DNA of 64,000 nucleotides from Eledone cirrhosa. Taxonomy: Eukaryota. The DNA is taken from assembly GCA_964016885.1 (NCBI GenBank), contig OZ024743.1, forward strand, positions 144,274,001 through 144,338,000, written 5' to 3'. The position numbers and the translations under genes are program-made. Each line of letters begins with the position of its first letter. Within the stretch, counting starts at the first letter, position 1. Under the pieces are notes generated by a model. The model did not search any database, had not been told where the DNA came from, and was given only the letters and a program-made list of their open reading frames with translations. Below are positions 1 through 12,614 of this stretch, one piece after another.

Positions 1-169
1 ACATTGACCCCCAGTACTTATTTTTTCAAGTCTGGTATTTATTTCATTGACCTCTATTTGTTGAATCACTAAGTTACAGGATATATAAGCAAATACCAAT
101 GAAAATGCAAACAAAGGGACACATACACACATACATGCATGTACACATACACACACACATATGTATATA

Positions 170-1418
170 TGAGGTGGTATCAAACGTTTCCTGACTGGCT
201 CTATAGTGCCAACAGATGGCAGCACAGGGTTGCACACACATGCAGTAATAGTTAGCTGTAACTGTCATAAGTCAGTGTACCAAGTGAGACCATTGTGTTT
301 ACATCAAGTTTGAACGAAGAGCCGACGTGAAATTCGTGAAATTTTATGTTAAACTTGGAAAATCAGCTACAAAGATATTGAACATGCTTCAGCAAGCTTA
401 TGGCCATGAAGCAATGGGTTGTTTGCAATGCTTTGAGTGGCACGGGTTCTTCCAAAGCAGAAGAATGTCCCTGGAAGACAACAACCGATCTGGAAGACCT
501 TCAATGAGCATGAATTGCGGAAATGTTGAAAAATTAGATAACTAAATGCATGATTGTTGGAGGACAATCAACGACATTGTTGGTGTGTCATATGGGTCAG
601 AGTAAGCAATCCTAACGTCTGAACTGAACATGCAGTGTATCATTGCCAAGTTTGTCCCCTGCTTGCTGACACAGGACCAGAAGGAAAAAATCATGTCGAA
701 GTTTGCAAAGTACTCAAACAGAGTGCAGCGAATGTGCCATAATTAATGTCAAAGACCATCACTAGTGACAAGTGTTGGGTTTATAGGTATGATCCAGAAG
801 CAAAGCTGCAGTCAACGCAATAGAAGAGTCCATCATTTTCATGACTGAAGAAGGTGAGATAGAGCAGCAGTTCAATCAAGAGCATGCTCATAGTCTTTTT
901 CAATATCTGCAGCTTTGCTCATTGAGAATTCGTCCCCCTGGGCCAGATCATCAAAAAAGAGTTTTACTGCAAAGTTCTGAGGCATTTGAGGGAGAACATT
1001 CAGCAAAAGCGAGCAGATTTGTGGCACACAAAGAACTGGATTCTCCATGACGACAATGCCCCCTATCACCGAGCACTCATTGTCTGTGAGTTTCTTACCA
1101 AGTACATGCATTGCTTCTGCACCTACCTTACTCACCAGATTTAGCTCCTGTGGACTTCTTCCTTTTCCTGAAGATGAAAATCAAGCTCAAAGGTTGCCTT
1201 TTTAACACTGTTGCTGAGATCTAGCATGAATCGCAGGAGGTTTTTGACAAGCTTACAAAACATGGTTTCAGGGACACATTCCAGGATTGTCATAAATGCT
1301 GGGATCAGTGCATTGCTGTACAAGGGGAATATTTCGAAGGAGATAGTGTTTAATATTAGGTAAATAGAGAGCTTTTTTAAATAAAGTGCTAGTCCGGAAA
1401 CCTTTTGACTAACCCTTG
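170..1418 (+). mobile_element. Decayed mariner (Tc1/mariner) DNA transposon
   Basis: Imperfect TIRs (tgaggtggtatcaaacgtttcctgactggc / gctagtccggaaaccttttgactaacccttg) flanked by TA. Broken transposase: IKFYVKLGKSAT-like HTH start, LEDNNRSGRPS, ITSDKCWVYRYDPE, and LHDDNAPYHR..YSPDLAPVDF motifs, with stops and frameshifts. Confidence 0.9.
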
Positions 1419-1598
1419 TATGTATATCATCATACTCATACATCCACTTTCTATACTTGGGCAAGGGTTTTTATATATATAGGAGACAGCATTGAAATGC
1501 GGAGAAATTCAGGTTACCAACATTTTACTGTGTTGGCCGTCACATACCGTCATAGCCGGTTGAATTCTGTCGATCGATTGACTATTGATTAGGCGAAG

Positions 1599-1709
1599 CC
1601 CGCTGATGAAGCCACATGCGCCGATTGTGCATTGTTGCATAATATATGCGGACAGAGGGTGCAGTGTACTCTGCTGCTGCATTAAGTGTGGCCAAAACTC
1701 GAGTTTGGG
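1599..1709 (+). ncRNA. Degenerate type-I hammerhead ribozyme motif in a (TA)n-flanked island (about 1482-1856)
   Basis: cccg-CTGATGA-a-gccacat...gtgtggc-c-AAAA (G12 mutated)-CTCGAG-TT-tggg. Stems I and II pair, and the stem-III region is palindromic. Confidence 0.55.
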
Positions 1710-1869
1710 AACAATTGAAGGTACCTGTTTATGTGTGTTGTATTGAAGCGAATAACTATGTGTATACTCTGGGAGTGTATTTAACATTACCTATTGAGTA
1801 CGTTGAGATGTAACCAGTCCTAGCAGTGATACCTATGCTAGTTCCATCAATTTATTATATATATATATG

Positions 1870-2068
1870 TAGGCAACACGGTAAAAACCTCCCAGCCCCA
1901 CACTGTAAATGTGGTTGGTGTTAGGAAGGCATCCAGCTGTAGAAAACCCGCCAGACAGTCCTATGCGAGCAAGACAACCACTCTTGCCTCAAGTGGGAAA
2001 ACCCCCGTCCAAACCCATGCAAGCGTGGAACACGGACGCTAAACCTTGATGATGATGATGATGATGAT
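1870..2068 (+). mobile_element. SINE/RTE-type 3' end fragment with (GAT)n tail
   Basis: Shares cacactgtaaatg..gttggtgttaggaaggcatccagctg and aacccatgc..gcgtggaa..cggacg with the 3' UTR of the RTE at 8052-9875. Confidence 0.7.
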
Positions 2069-2245
2069 ATATATATATATATATATAGTCTCGAACTAGC
2101 TGTTGAAATGGCAAGAGCTCAGCTGTCAGGGTCCTGTCCTGACTCTTTATAATATAACCATACTCTACTACCCCAAGTATCGAGTACTCTGTTGAGTAAT
2201 GGTCTAAACAGTTTCAAACTGAATCCATCCAGATTTTTATATATA

Positions 2246-2610
2246 CTAGCCGAATTACCCGGGCTTTGCTGCGTTTCACACATTTTTTTTTTGTAAGAAC
2301 TACATTTCAATATTACTCAATGTCAAATGTAATGCATGAAAAATTGGAAAACACTATTTTTTGTAATATATCAAATCAAAGTTACATTATTAAATCTTAT
2401 TCTTATTTTGTTTCTTGTAAATAATTTTTCTCAAAATATAAATTCAAACCTTTTGTGAATAGGCATCATATCTTGTCATTTACCTATGGTTTAAATTTCA
2501 CATAAATCGAAGGTAAAAAATTTTCAGCGGGGGTTTATGCCACCGGGGAACCCTAATAGGGGGTTTAACACTGCATTAGGGTGTCTTAATATTATTGAAA
2601 TCTGCTGAAA
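2246..2610 (-). mobile_element. Helitron 3' end fragment
   Basis: Minus strand ends gcagcaaagcccgggtaattcggCTAG|t, a GC-rich subterminal motif plus CTAG. The 5' boundary is approximate. Confidence 0.55.
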
Positions 2611-3494
2611 CTTCCTCGTCATCATCATCATTCCATCATCATTTTATGTCCTCTTTTCCATGTTTCCATGGGTTGGATGAGTTGATGATGATGGTAAGGA
2701 AGGTAATGTTGCCACAGATAGGATTTGAAATCAGAACCTAACGAGATCTAAACTCATCACTCTAATGTGTCTAATGCAACACTCTATTCTCTTTCCCTGC
2801 TCTAATAATAAAGTGAGAAGAGATGTTATGATACATCTTAGAACATAATTCTGCTCCATATGGCAAAGTGTCAATGAATTTTCTTTGTTCTACGTTTTTA
2901 ATCCAGAAAATGATGATTTCCCATCCAATTTGTGTTCATTTATTGAACTCTGTTGTTTATTTGAACTATCGGCTGTCCTCCCATCGCTCTCCCAGGTTTC
3001 TTTTTTTTCTTTTTTTTTCTGTCTATCCTGGCAGAAATAGTTATTATCTATCTTGTCTGTAGTAAAGTCTAGTATACTGAACATCAATCTCCTTAAGAGT
3101 TTGCCATTGATTAATTTTTTATATTACTTTATTATTCTTTACTAATTACTTGGCTTGCATTGTAGAATAAGTAAGAGGTAATCTTCCGTAGATTGTGACT
3201 GCTTTAGTCCACTTCCACTAATTGTACCTGCAACAGTTAAAACAGAATATCAACGGCATCAATCTCATAGGTTTTGGAAGGCCCTTGAAGGGCTCATAAG
3301 AGCCATTGAAAGGTTTGGACACTGCCCGTTTCTCCAGACCTACCAAGTAAAAATAATGCACCCCAAAAAATGGTTTTTCACCAATTATACCTGAAGCAGT
3401 TTAAACAGAACATCAATGACATCAATCTCTTGAAGGGCCCTTGAAGGATATGAGCATTGCCCTTTTTTCCAGACCTTCCAAGTTAAAACAAAAT

Positions 3495-3880
3495 AATAAT
3501 AATTGTTTCTACTTTAGGCACAAGGCCAGCAATTTGAAGGGAAGGGGAAAGTTGATTAAATCCACCCCAGTGCATTACTGGTGCTTTATTTTATTGACCC
3601 CATAAGGATGAAAGGTAAAGAACATAATGGGCCATAACTTTATGTTGGTGTCTGATGCTCTACCAATACTGCCAATCCACCACAAAATAGTAATAATTGT
3701 TTCTACTTTTGGCACAAGACCAGCAATTATCCCAGTGCATTACTGGTACTTTATTTTATTGACCCCGAAAGGATGAAAGGCAAAGTTAACCTCGACAGGA
3801 TTTGAACTCAGGATGTAAAGGGCCGTAACTCTATGCTGCAAAGCAAGGCATCCGACCCTCTACCGATACTGCCAATTCAT
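3495..3880 (-). mobile_element. Two adjacent copies of the major tRNA-derived SINE family
   Basis: Match to the family consensus (A box TGGCAGTATCGG, B box GAGTTCAAATCC, central ctttgcctttcatccttacggggtcgataaaataaagtacc, (ATT)n tail). Confidence 0.85.
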
Positions 3881-3966
3881 GGGCATTGGACAATGTGGTG
3901 TACTGTTATGTTAAAGGTGAAGGTAGTAGATTGGCAGTATTGGTTGGGCATTGGACAATGTGGTGT

Positions 3967-6900
3967 CTTGGGTGTCCATCGTAAACGATGATGACATCTT
4001 CATTGTTGTTCCTGTCTGCCATGGGCGCGAAGGTGGCTGTGGAGGCCGACCCTTGACTTGCAGGTCCGGGGACAGTGGGGGTCAGGGGAAGAGACCGGAG
4101 TCACTTGGGGCAGCTGCTGATGCCTTTCTCCTCCTTTCACAGACCTCAGTGACCTCTGCCCGTCTCTTCTCTTCAAAAGAGTTTTTGGCGCATCTGGTAA
4201 GGGCTCGCCACTCAGTCCTGTCCTGAGCATGGGACTCAAGTTGTTTTGGGGCAATTCCAGTGTTGTTGTAGGACTTCACACAGTCTTTGAACCTCTTGAG
4301 AGGCCTGCTCTGCTTTCGTTTCCCCGAACAGAGTTCCCATACATTAGTTGCTTCGGAAGCCTGTGATCGTCCATCCGGATGACATGTCCCACCCATCGAA
4401 GTTGGCTCTTCAGTATCATAGCTTCAACACTGGTTGTCTCAGCCATGTCAAGAACTTCGATGTTGGAGACCTTGTCCTGCCATTTGATATTCATGATTGG
4501 CCGCAGGCTGCACATGTGGAACCGTTCCAGCTGCTTCAGGTGCCTTCTGTATAGGGTCCATGTCTCACATCCGTAGAGGAGGCTGGTGAGAACAACGGCC
4601 CTGTACACCTTGAGCTTGGTGGACTGCCTGATGTTGTGCTGGTTCAGGACGCGTGTCCTCAGGTGGCCGAGGGCTTGATTGGCCTTGCAGATCCTGGCGT
4701 TAATCTCCTTGTCGAGGCTTCCATCACTGCTGATGACACTGCCGAGGTACTTGAAGTCGTCCACTGTCTTTAGCTGGGTGCCTCCGATGGAGATGGAAGG
4801 AGGGTGGGCGATGGAGGCAGGTGCAGGCTGGAACAGGACCTCAGTCTTGCCAAGGCTAATTGTGAGACCGAAGAGGCAGGAGGCCTCCACGAACTTATTG
4901 ACGATGACTTGGAGGTCTCAGACTCCCTGTGGGCCATGAGGGCACAGTCGTCAGCAAAAAGTGCCTCCAGGACGATCCTCTGCACGGTCCTTGTCTTGGC
5001 CGTCAGGTGCCGCAGGTCAAACAGGGAGCCGTCCAGTCTGTATTGCAGATACACTCCGTGCTCGAGGTCCCTGATGGCATGATTGAGAATGCAAGTGAAG
5101 AACAGGTTGAAGAGGGCGGTAGCCAGCACACATCCTTGCTTGACGCCGAATGGCTCCCATGCCTCTCTGTCCGAGCCTACCTGCTCGGTCATGTCATCAT
5201 GAAATTGCCGTATCAGGTTCACGAACTTCATCGGGCATCCAAACTTCGACAGGATTGACCAGCGGGCTTCCCTGTTGACAGTGTTGAAGGCCTTCGTCAA
5301 GTCTATGAAGACGGCAAAGAGGTCCATGTTCTGCTTGACACACTTCTCCTGCACCTGGTGTACAGAGAAGATCATGTTGATCGTGCTGCGGTTTGGGTGG
5401 AACCCACACTGGGCCTCAGGCAGGTTGTCCTCCGAGATGTTGGCAATGAGGCGGTTGAGCATGGCCCGAGCCAGGACCTTCCCAGCGATGGACAGGAGAG
5501 AGATGCCCCGATAGTTGCCACAATCAGTTTTGCTGCCTTTGTTCTTAAAAAGCAAGACAATTGTGGCATCCCTGAAGTCTTTGGGCACCTCTTCTTCCTC
5601 CCATATGCTGGCGAGGAGGGTGTGGAAGGCCCCCAGGGCAGCTGGACCGGCCGACTTGAAGATCTCGGCAGGAATCCCGTCCTTCTTAGGGGCCTTTCCT
5701 GAGCTGGTCTGGTTGATTACCTTTGTGACTTCATCCAACGTGGGGAGGGGGGAGGTCGAGGCTGCCGACTACGGGTTTCTGTGGGACCTGGTCGGGGACG
5801 GCAGGGTCAACAGTGGAGGGCCTGTTGAGCAAGTTACTGAAGTGCGCTCTCCACCTCGAGTTGATGCTGCGCTTCTCCTTCAGCAGGATCGAGCCGTCAG
5901 CAGACAGGAGCTGTGTGGTGACAGGCTTAGGGGATCCGTAGATGTCCCCGATGGTGCTGAAGAACATCTTGGAGTTCTTTGTGCCAGCATATCTCTCAAC
6001 TTCTTCGGCCTTCTTCTCCCACCACTCGTCCTGCATTCTGCGTAGTGCTGCTTGAGTCTGCCTCTGGAGGTGCTTGAAGCGGTTGCGCTTCGAGGTGGAG
6101 GAGCTGTCATTCTGTCACTCAATGAAAGCTCTCCTCTTCTCATCCAGGGGGTTGTCTGATGCGCTCATCATTTTCATCAAACCAGTCCTGGTGGGCTCTC
6201 TTCCTCGACCCAATGGTTGCCTTGGCTGACTCTGTCACCAGCGACCTGAACTGGTCCCACTGTTGAGTTGGGTCCATGGGCAGTCAGCCGGCCGTCCAGG
6301 TCTTCCGCAAACGCACCTTGATGCTCTGGCTGGTTGAGTCGTGCAACGTCGAAAGCTGGCTTACAGACTTTCGGAGTCTTGCGATGCGTCGGGGTGATGT
6401 GCAGTGACAGGATGGTCCTGACAAGGCGATGCTCGGTCCAACACTCTGCACCACTCATGGCCCTGGTGATTCTGACGTAACGGATGTCCCTCCTGCGGCA
6501 TATGGCAAAGTCAATCAGATCCAAAGATCTGGGGTGCATCCATGTCGTCTTGAACATGTCTGCCTGGCGGAACAGTGTGCTGGTGATGGTGAGGTCATTC
6601 TCGGTGCAGAAACTCAACAGTATGAGGCCATTAGAATTCAGCTTCCCTGTGTCGTGAGGTCCCAGCAGGCCTCTCCAGTTGCTGCTGTCAGACATGACTC
6701 TTGCGTTGAAGTCCCCCAGTAGGATGAGTTTGTCGCTTGTGGGGGAGACGCCCTTCACGAGTGCGTTGAGAACCCCGTAGAAACTGTCCTTTGCTTCATC
6801 GCTGCTGGTGAGAGTGGGGGCGTATGCACTGATGACTGTGACATGCCGAGATGGGTCGAGGGGGAAGCGAGCTTCATCAGCCGCTCACTCACAGGTGTTG

Positions 6901-8025
6901 GGAGGTCTGGTAGCTGCTTGCAGAGCGAAGTCTTGATGGCCAGGCCTACCCCGTGGATTCTGTCCTCGTCCTGTGCATGCCCTTCCAGAAGGAAGTGTAG
7001 CCTCCTTTCGGTTCTGCTACTGATTCTTCTTTGGCGAGTCTGGTCTCACTGAGGGTGTCTATGTCGATCCGGTAGTGAGCTAATTCCCTTGCTATGAGGG
7101 CAGTTCTTCTCTCTGGCCTCAAGGAGGTTTCCCTATCCATGAGGGTGCGCACATTCCATGCGCCAAGAATCAAGTTCTTCTTTCTATTATGTTGGTTTCG
7201 ACCACTTGGAAGGGTAAAACTGCCAGCTGCGGTAGACTGGCCAGGGACCAAATGTGTGGGACGAGCATTTGGTTAGGGCTCCTTTTATCACCCCTCCCCT
7301 CGTGTGAGGGTGAGCAGTGCTCCCCTGAAAAGGGCTGCTCAGTCGCCCGGTGGAACGCCTGATTTCCTCTGTCATCCCAGGGTCAGGAGGAGAACGACAT
7401 GCGCATCCAGGCCGCTGACGTATGGGTTTGAGACTGGCAACTTCCAGAGGTTACCTCCACCTGTTACCTCTGCCTCTCGCCCATCGCCGCAGGGCTTTGG
7501 GAGTGCACACTAAAGAAGAAACCTGTGCGAGAAAGGTTTATAGTGGGAGGGCCAGTGCACAGTGATGGTCCCACTCACTCAGCCACAGAAGCTACAATCC
7601 TGTGGTATGGAGGACCGTCACGACCAGGGACTTCCTTGGCTGCAGTGGATGGCCACAACATCTGTAGTGCGTTGCCGTGCCCTAGCGCTCCACACCACTT
7701 GCTGTCGCTGCCTTCGTGACCGTTGGGACGATGTTGTCCTCCTCCACTTACTCCGCCGGGTCCAGTCTTCGCATGCAGGGGTAGGCATCCCCTATCTCAC
7801 TCACTGGGGGGTTTCAGATCCGTCCGGCTACCCTCAACCTGGTTCGGCCCGCCAGACAAGGCGGTTTACCAGGGTGTGGACGCTGTCACATGCTACAGCT
7901 TCTTGGGGCCACATGTGAGAGCTGAGTGTCAGGTGGGACCCAATGCAGGATGAGCGGTCCTGAAAAGGGCATGGCTAGCCCCCCCTCCCCCCCTACAGAG
8001 GTACATGCCCCTCCCTGACAACCTA
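3967..8025 (-). mobile_element. Near full-length RTE/BovB-like LINE (APE endonuclease + RT + C-terminal C2H2 finger), frameshifted
   Basis: GAWNVRTL, LLGDFNAR, GNYRGISLLS, QGCVLA, LFADDCAL, FKYLGS, LLYGCETW, QLRWVGHV and CPHCPRTCKSRVGLHSHLRAH-type motifs. About 0.8 kb GC-rich 5' UTR. Several frameshifts and stops. Confidence 0.95.
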
Positions 8026-8051
8026 GGCATATACACACGCATATACATATA

Positions 8052-9875
8052 GGTAATACGAGAAGGTGTCATACCAAAAGATTGGTGCAGTAGCATCATT
8101 GTCAACTGCTACAAAGGTAAAGGTGATGCACTAGATAGAGGAAACTATAGAGGTATAAAGCTGATGGACCAGGTCATGAAAGTAACAGAAAGAGTTATAA
8201 CACAGTTGATTAGGGACCGGGTGAAACTAGATGAGATGCAATTTGGGTTTGTACCAGGAAGAGGCACCACTGATGCCCTCTTCCTTGTGAGGCAGTTACA
8301 GGAAAAGTACTTAGCTAAAAGTAAGCCACTCTACCTGGCATTCGTCAATCTTGAGAAAGCCTTTGACAGAGTTCCACGTGCTGTAATCTGGTGGGCTCTT
8401 AGAAAACTAGGAGTAGATGAATGGCTTGTGAAAGCGGTACAAGCCATGTATAGGGGAGCAGTCAGCAAAGTTAGGATTAGCAATGAGTATAGCGAGGAAT
8501 TTAGCGTACAGGTTGGGGTCCACCAGGGCTCTGTTCTTAGCCCCCTCCTGTTCATCATAGTCCTGCAGGCAAAAACGGAGGAGTTTAAGACCGGATGCCC
8601 ATGGGAACTCCTGTATGCTGATGACCTTGCACTTATAGCTGAATCTATGGTAGAACTAGAGAAGAAATTCCAAACTTGGAAGCAGGGACTAGAAAGAAAG
8701 GGTCTCAAAGTCAACATGACAAAGACTAAGGTCCTTGTAAGTAGACGAGAAGACAGAACCCAGATCCCCTCAGGGAAATGGCCTTGCTCAGTATGTAGGA
8801 AAGGTATAGGTAGGAACTCCATTCTCTGCCCCAAATGCAAACAATGGGTACACAAGAGATGTAGCGGGATCTCAGGAAGCTTAATTAAGAATGTAGGCTT
8901 CACATGCAGCAGCTGTGCTGGGACAGCAAGCAGCAAACAGCCACAGGAAACAAGTACCACCAATCTCTGGGAGGGCTCTGTAGAAACAGTAGACAGCTTC
9001 TGCTACCTAGGTGACCGAATTAGCAGCGGTGGTGGGTGTACAGAAAGTACAATAACTAGGGTAAGAACGGGATGGAAGAAGTTTAGGGAACTACTACCAC
9101 TGCTAGCTTCAAAAGGCTTCTCCCTCAAAATGAAAGGCAGACTGTATGATGCGTGTATCCGAACAGCGATGTTGCATGGTAGTGAGACCTGGGCACTGAA
9201 GGTGGAAGACTTATGTAGATTAGAGAGAAATGAAGCCTGCATGCTCCGATGGATGTGTAATAGTAATATACGCGAACAACAAAGCATAAATGAATTGAGA
9301 GAGAGACTGAGCATAAGAGGAATCAAATGCTGTGTGCAGGAGAGGCGGTTGCATTGGTATGGACATGTGATGCATATGAAGGATTACAGCTGTATAAAAA
9401 GGTGCAGAGCACTAGAAGTCGATGGAAACCGCAGAGTGGGGAGACCCAAGATGACCTGGGATGAGGTGATAAAAGCCGACCTTACCCAATTACACCTCTC
9501 AAAGGCGATGACACACGACCGTGACCTCTGGCGTCACACAGTAATACAGAGTACACGACCTCCCATAGGTACGAGCTGAAGCATATAGACAATATGCCCC
9601 CACCCCCACTGCAAGGTGGTTGTGGAGGTGCCACGGCAAAAAAGCACCCAGCCCACACTGTAAAGTGGACGTGTAGGTGCCACGAAAAAGAACCCAGCAC
9701 TCACTGTAAATGAGGTTGGTGTTAGGAAGGGCATCCAGCTGAGAAATCAAGCCAAATCAGTTCCTGTATGAGCAAGGCATGGTCAGCCGACCAGACACTG
9801 CCCACAACAGGACAACCCGTCTAACCCATGCTAGCGTGGAAGAACGGACGTAAAACGGTGATGATGATGATGATA
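8052..9875 (+). mobile_element. 5'-truncated RTE-clade LINE with an open RT-to-C-terminus ORF (8164-9579) containing a PHD-like finger
   Basis: GNYRGIKL, QFGFVPGRGTTDA, HQGSVLSP, YADD, FCYLG, LHGSETW and RLHWYGHV motifs. C4HC3 insert. 3' UTR has a few 48-bp-type units and a (GAT)n tail. Confidence 0.95.
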
Positions 9876-9991
9876 CATCTGTACATGTGTATATACATAT
9901 TTACACATTTTTGGATGGCCGTTGACTCTTATGAGTTCTTCCGCCCTATGTTAAAGGTGAAAGTAGTAGATTGGCAGTATTGACTGGGCAT

Positions 9992-10165
9992 TAATAATAA
10001 TTGTTTCTACTTTTGGCACAAGGCCAGCAAATACCCACTGCATTACTGGTACTTTATTTTATTGACTTCGTAAGGATGAAAGGCAAAGTTAATCTCTACG
10101 GGATTTGAACCCAGACTGCAAAGGGACGTAACTATGCTGGAAAGCTTGGCGTCCAACCCTTCCAC
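9992..10165 (-). mobile_element. tRNA-derived SINE (major family)
   Basis: Match to family consensus. Confidence 0.85.
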
Positions 10166-10446
10166 TAGGAAAAGGGCCTTCTCCTGATGGTGAGACTATT
10201 TTACTTCACTTGCACTTCTAATGTGTTATCATCAATGACTTCAAAGCAATTAAATTTCCCATTGACAAAGGAGTTCACCTGTTGTTCTTCAGTCCCTAAT
10301 TTCCTCTGTCATCCCTCACATCATTTCTCCCAATATTTTGACTATACTGTTATAACAGTATAGCTTTGATGTTCTACTGAAGAAGGTAAATGTTTTAGGG
10401 TGGGTTAAAAATACAACAAACTGCAAAAGGGACAGACTGACAAAAC

Positions 10447-10458
10447 CTCTCTCTCTCA

Positions 10459-10489
<31 letters not shown>

Positions 10490-11795
10490 TCTTTCTCTCT
10501 ATCTCTCACTCACTCTCTCTCTCTCTCTCTTTCTCTCTCTCATCAACAATGATGATGGTGAAGGTGGTGGTAGTGGTCGCCATCAGTTGTAGCACTATGA
10601 TGATGACTGGTGGGAATAGTGGTTGTCATGATGTTGGTTGTGGTGATGGTAATGATGAAGTTGTTAATGGTGGTGGGGGTGATAGTGGTGGTGGTGGTAA
10701 TGACAGTGGTGATAGTGATGGCAGTGATTGTAGTGGTAGTGATAGTGATGGTGATGGTAGTGATAGTGATGGTGGGGGTGGTGATGGCGGTGGTAGTGAT
10801 TGCGGTGGTAGTGATAGTGATGGTGATGGTAGTGATAGTGATGGTGGGGGTGGTGATGGCGGTGGTAGTGATTGCGGTGGTAGTGATAGTGATGGTGATG
10901 GTAGTTATAGTGATGGTGGGGGTGGTGATGGCGGTGGTAGTGATAGTGATAGTAGATATTGGGATGGTGATGGTGGTGGTGGTGATGATGATGGCTGTGA
11001 TGGTGGTAGTGGTAGTGGTAGTGATGGAGGTGTTTGTGGTGGTGGTGGTGGTGGTGATAGTGGTGGTGGTGATGATGATGGCTGTGATGGTGGTAGTGGT
11101 AGTGGTAGTGATGGAGGTGTTTGTGGTGGTGATAGTGTTGGTGGTGATGGTGGTGATGGTAGTGGTGGTGATGGAGGTGTTAGTGATGGTGGTGGTGGTG
11201 ATGGTGGTGGTTTTGATGGTGGTGGCGGTGGTGGTGATGATGATGATGGTTGTGGTGGTGATGGTGGTAGTGGTAGTGAAGGAGGTGTTAGTGATAGTGG
11301 TGGTGGTGGTGGTGGCAGTGGTGGTGATGAGGATGACTGTGATGGTAATGGTGGTAGTGGTAGTGATGGAGGTGTTAGTGATGATGATGGCTATGGTGGT
11401 GATGGTGGTATTGATGGAGGTTTTAGTGATGGTGGTGGTGGTGATGGTGGTGGTGGTAATGGTGGAGGTGTTAGTGATAGTGGTGGTGGTGATGGTAGTG
11501 TTAGTGATGATGGTGGTGGTGAAGGTGGTGGTAGTGGTGGTGATGGAGGTGTTAGTGATGATGATGGTTGTGGTGGTGATGGTGGTAGCGGTAGTGATGG
11601 AGGTGTTAGTGATGGTGGTGAAGGTGGTGGTAGTGGTGGTGATGGAGGTGTTAGTGATGATGATGGTTGTGGTGGTGATGGTGGTAGCGGTAGTGATGGA
11701 AGTGTTAGTGATGGTGGTGAAGGTGGTGATGGTGGTGGTGGTGATGGTGGTGGTGGTGGTGGTGGTGTTATTGGTTGTAGTAGAAGTAGTAGTTG
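10447..11795. repeat. (CT)n tract followed by a compound (GGT/GAT/AGT)n trinucleotide satellite
   Basis: Simple repeat with higher-order duplications (e.g. a 60-bp unit at about 10730-10950). It explains the Gly/Asp/Ser and Val/Met ORFs. Confidence 0.95.
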
Positions 11796-12387
11796 TGTTA
11801 TGAAGATAATATATTTTTATCTTTAATTTTCACCATTTCTCTGCCAAAATAACTAGCTTTCTACTTTCTCCTCCATTGATTCCATCTTAACGCTGTCAAT
11901 CAGGAAAAAAGCTGTCTTATGTATTTTTGCCAAATTTTCTCGTTATTTCTCACTACATCAAGCAGATTAAAATTTGGAAGAGAAAATTACTTTATAATTT
12001 CGAATGGTTAGCTTCAGTTGTGACAGATAAAGATATATAACCCTTTTTTAATACCAAACTGCCTGAAACCATTTCTGGTTCTATTATACAAAACTTTATT
12101 TTAATGGGTTTATATTTATCTAAAAAGCTTTCATTGTTAACTTTGCCTTTCATCCTTACGGGGTCGATAAAATAAAGTACCAGTACATTACTGGGTAATT
12201 GCTGGCCTTGTGCCAAAAGTAGAAACAATTATATAATTTTATGTAAGAACCTTTGTTAAGTTATGTTTCAAACACCAATTTGATGATGAGAAAATTAGTT
12301 AATATTACTAAACCTCTCCAAATTGTTGATAATTTTCAAAGTGTCTTTCATCAGGAATATGCTATGAAATGGGATAATTAGAAAAGA

Positions 12388-12573
12388 ATAATTGTTTCTA
12401 CTTTAGGCACAAGGCCAGCAATTACCCAGTGCATTACTGGTACTTTATTTTATCGACCCTGTAAGGATGAAAGGCAAAATTAACCTCGGCGGGATTTGAA
12501 CTCAGAATGTAAAGGGACGTAACTATGCTAGAAAGCATGGTGTCCAACCCTCTACCGATACTGCCAATTCACC
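12388..12573 (-). mobile_element. tRNA-derived SINE (major family)
   Basis: Match to consensus, flanked by the direct repeat agaaaagaataat (TSD). Confidence 0.9.
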
Positions 12574-12614
12574 AGAAAAGAATAATGGTGTATATTTTGA
12601 TGAACACACAGTTT

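Noticed and set aside
3881-3966. 21-bp direct repeat as TSD of the RTE
   Set aside because: Both copies lie on the same side of the element. It appears to be a local SINE-head duplication.
10342-10363. 22-bp perfect palindrome ctatactgttataacagtatag
   Set aside because: Isolated and AT-rich, with no context to assign a function.
10549-11826. 425-aa Gly/Asp/Ser-rich and 397-aa Val/Met-rich ORFs
   Set aside because: Artefacts of a stop-free trinucleotide satellite. No splice or homology support.
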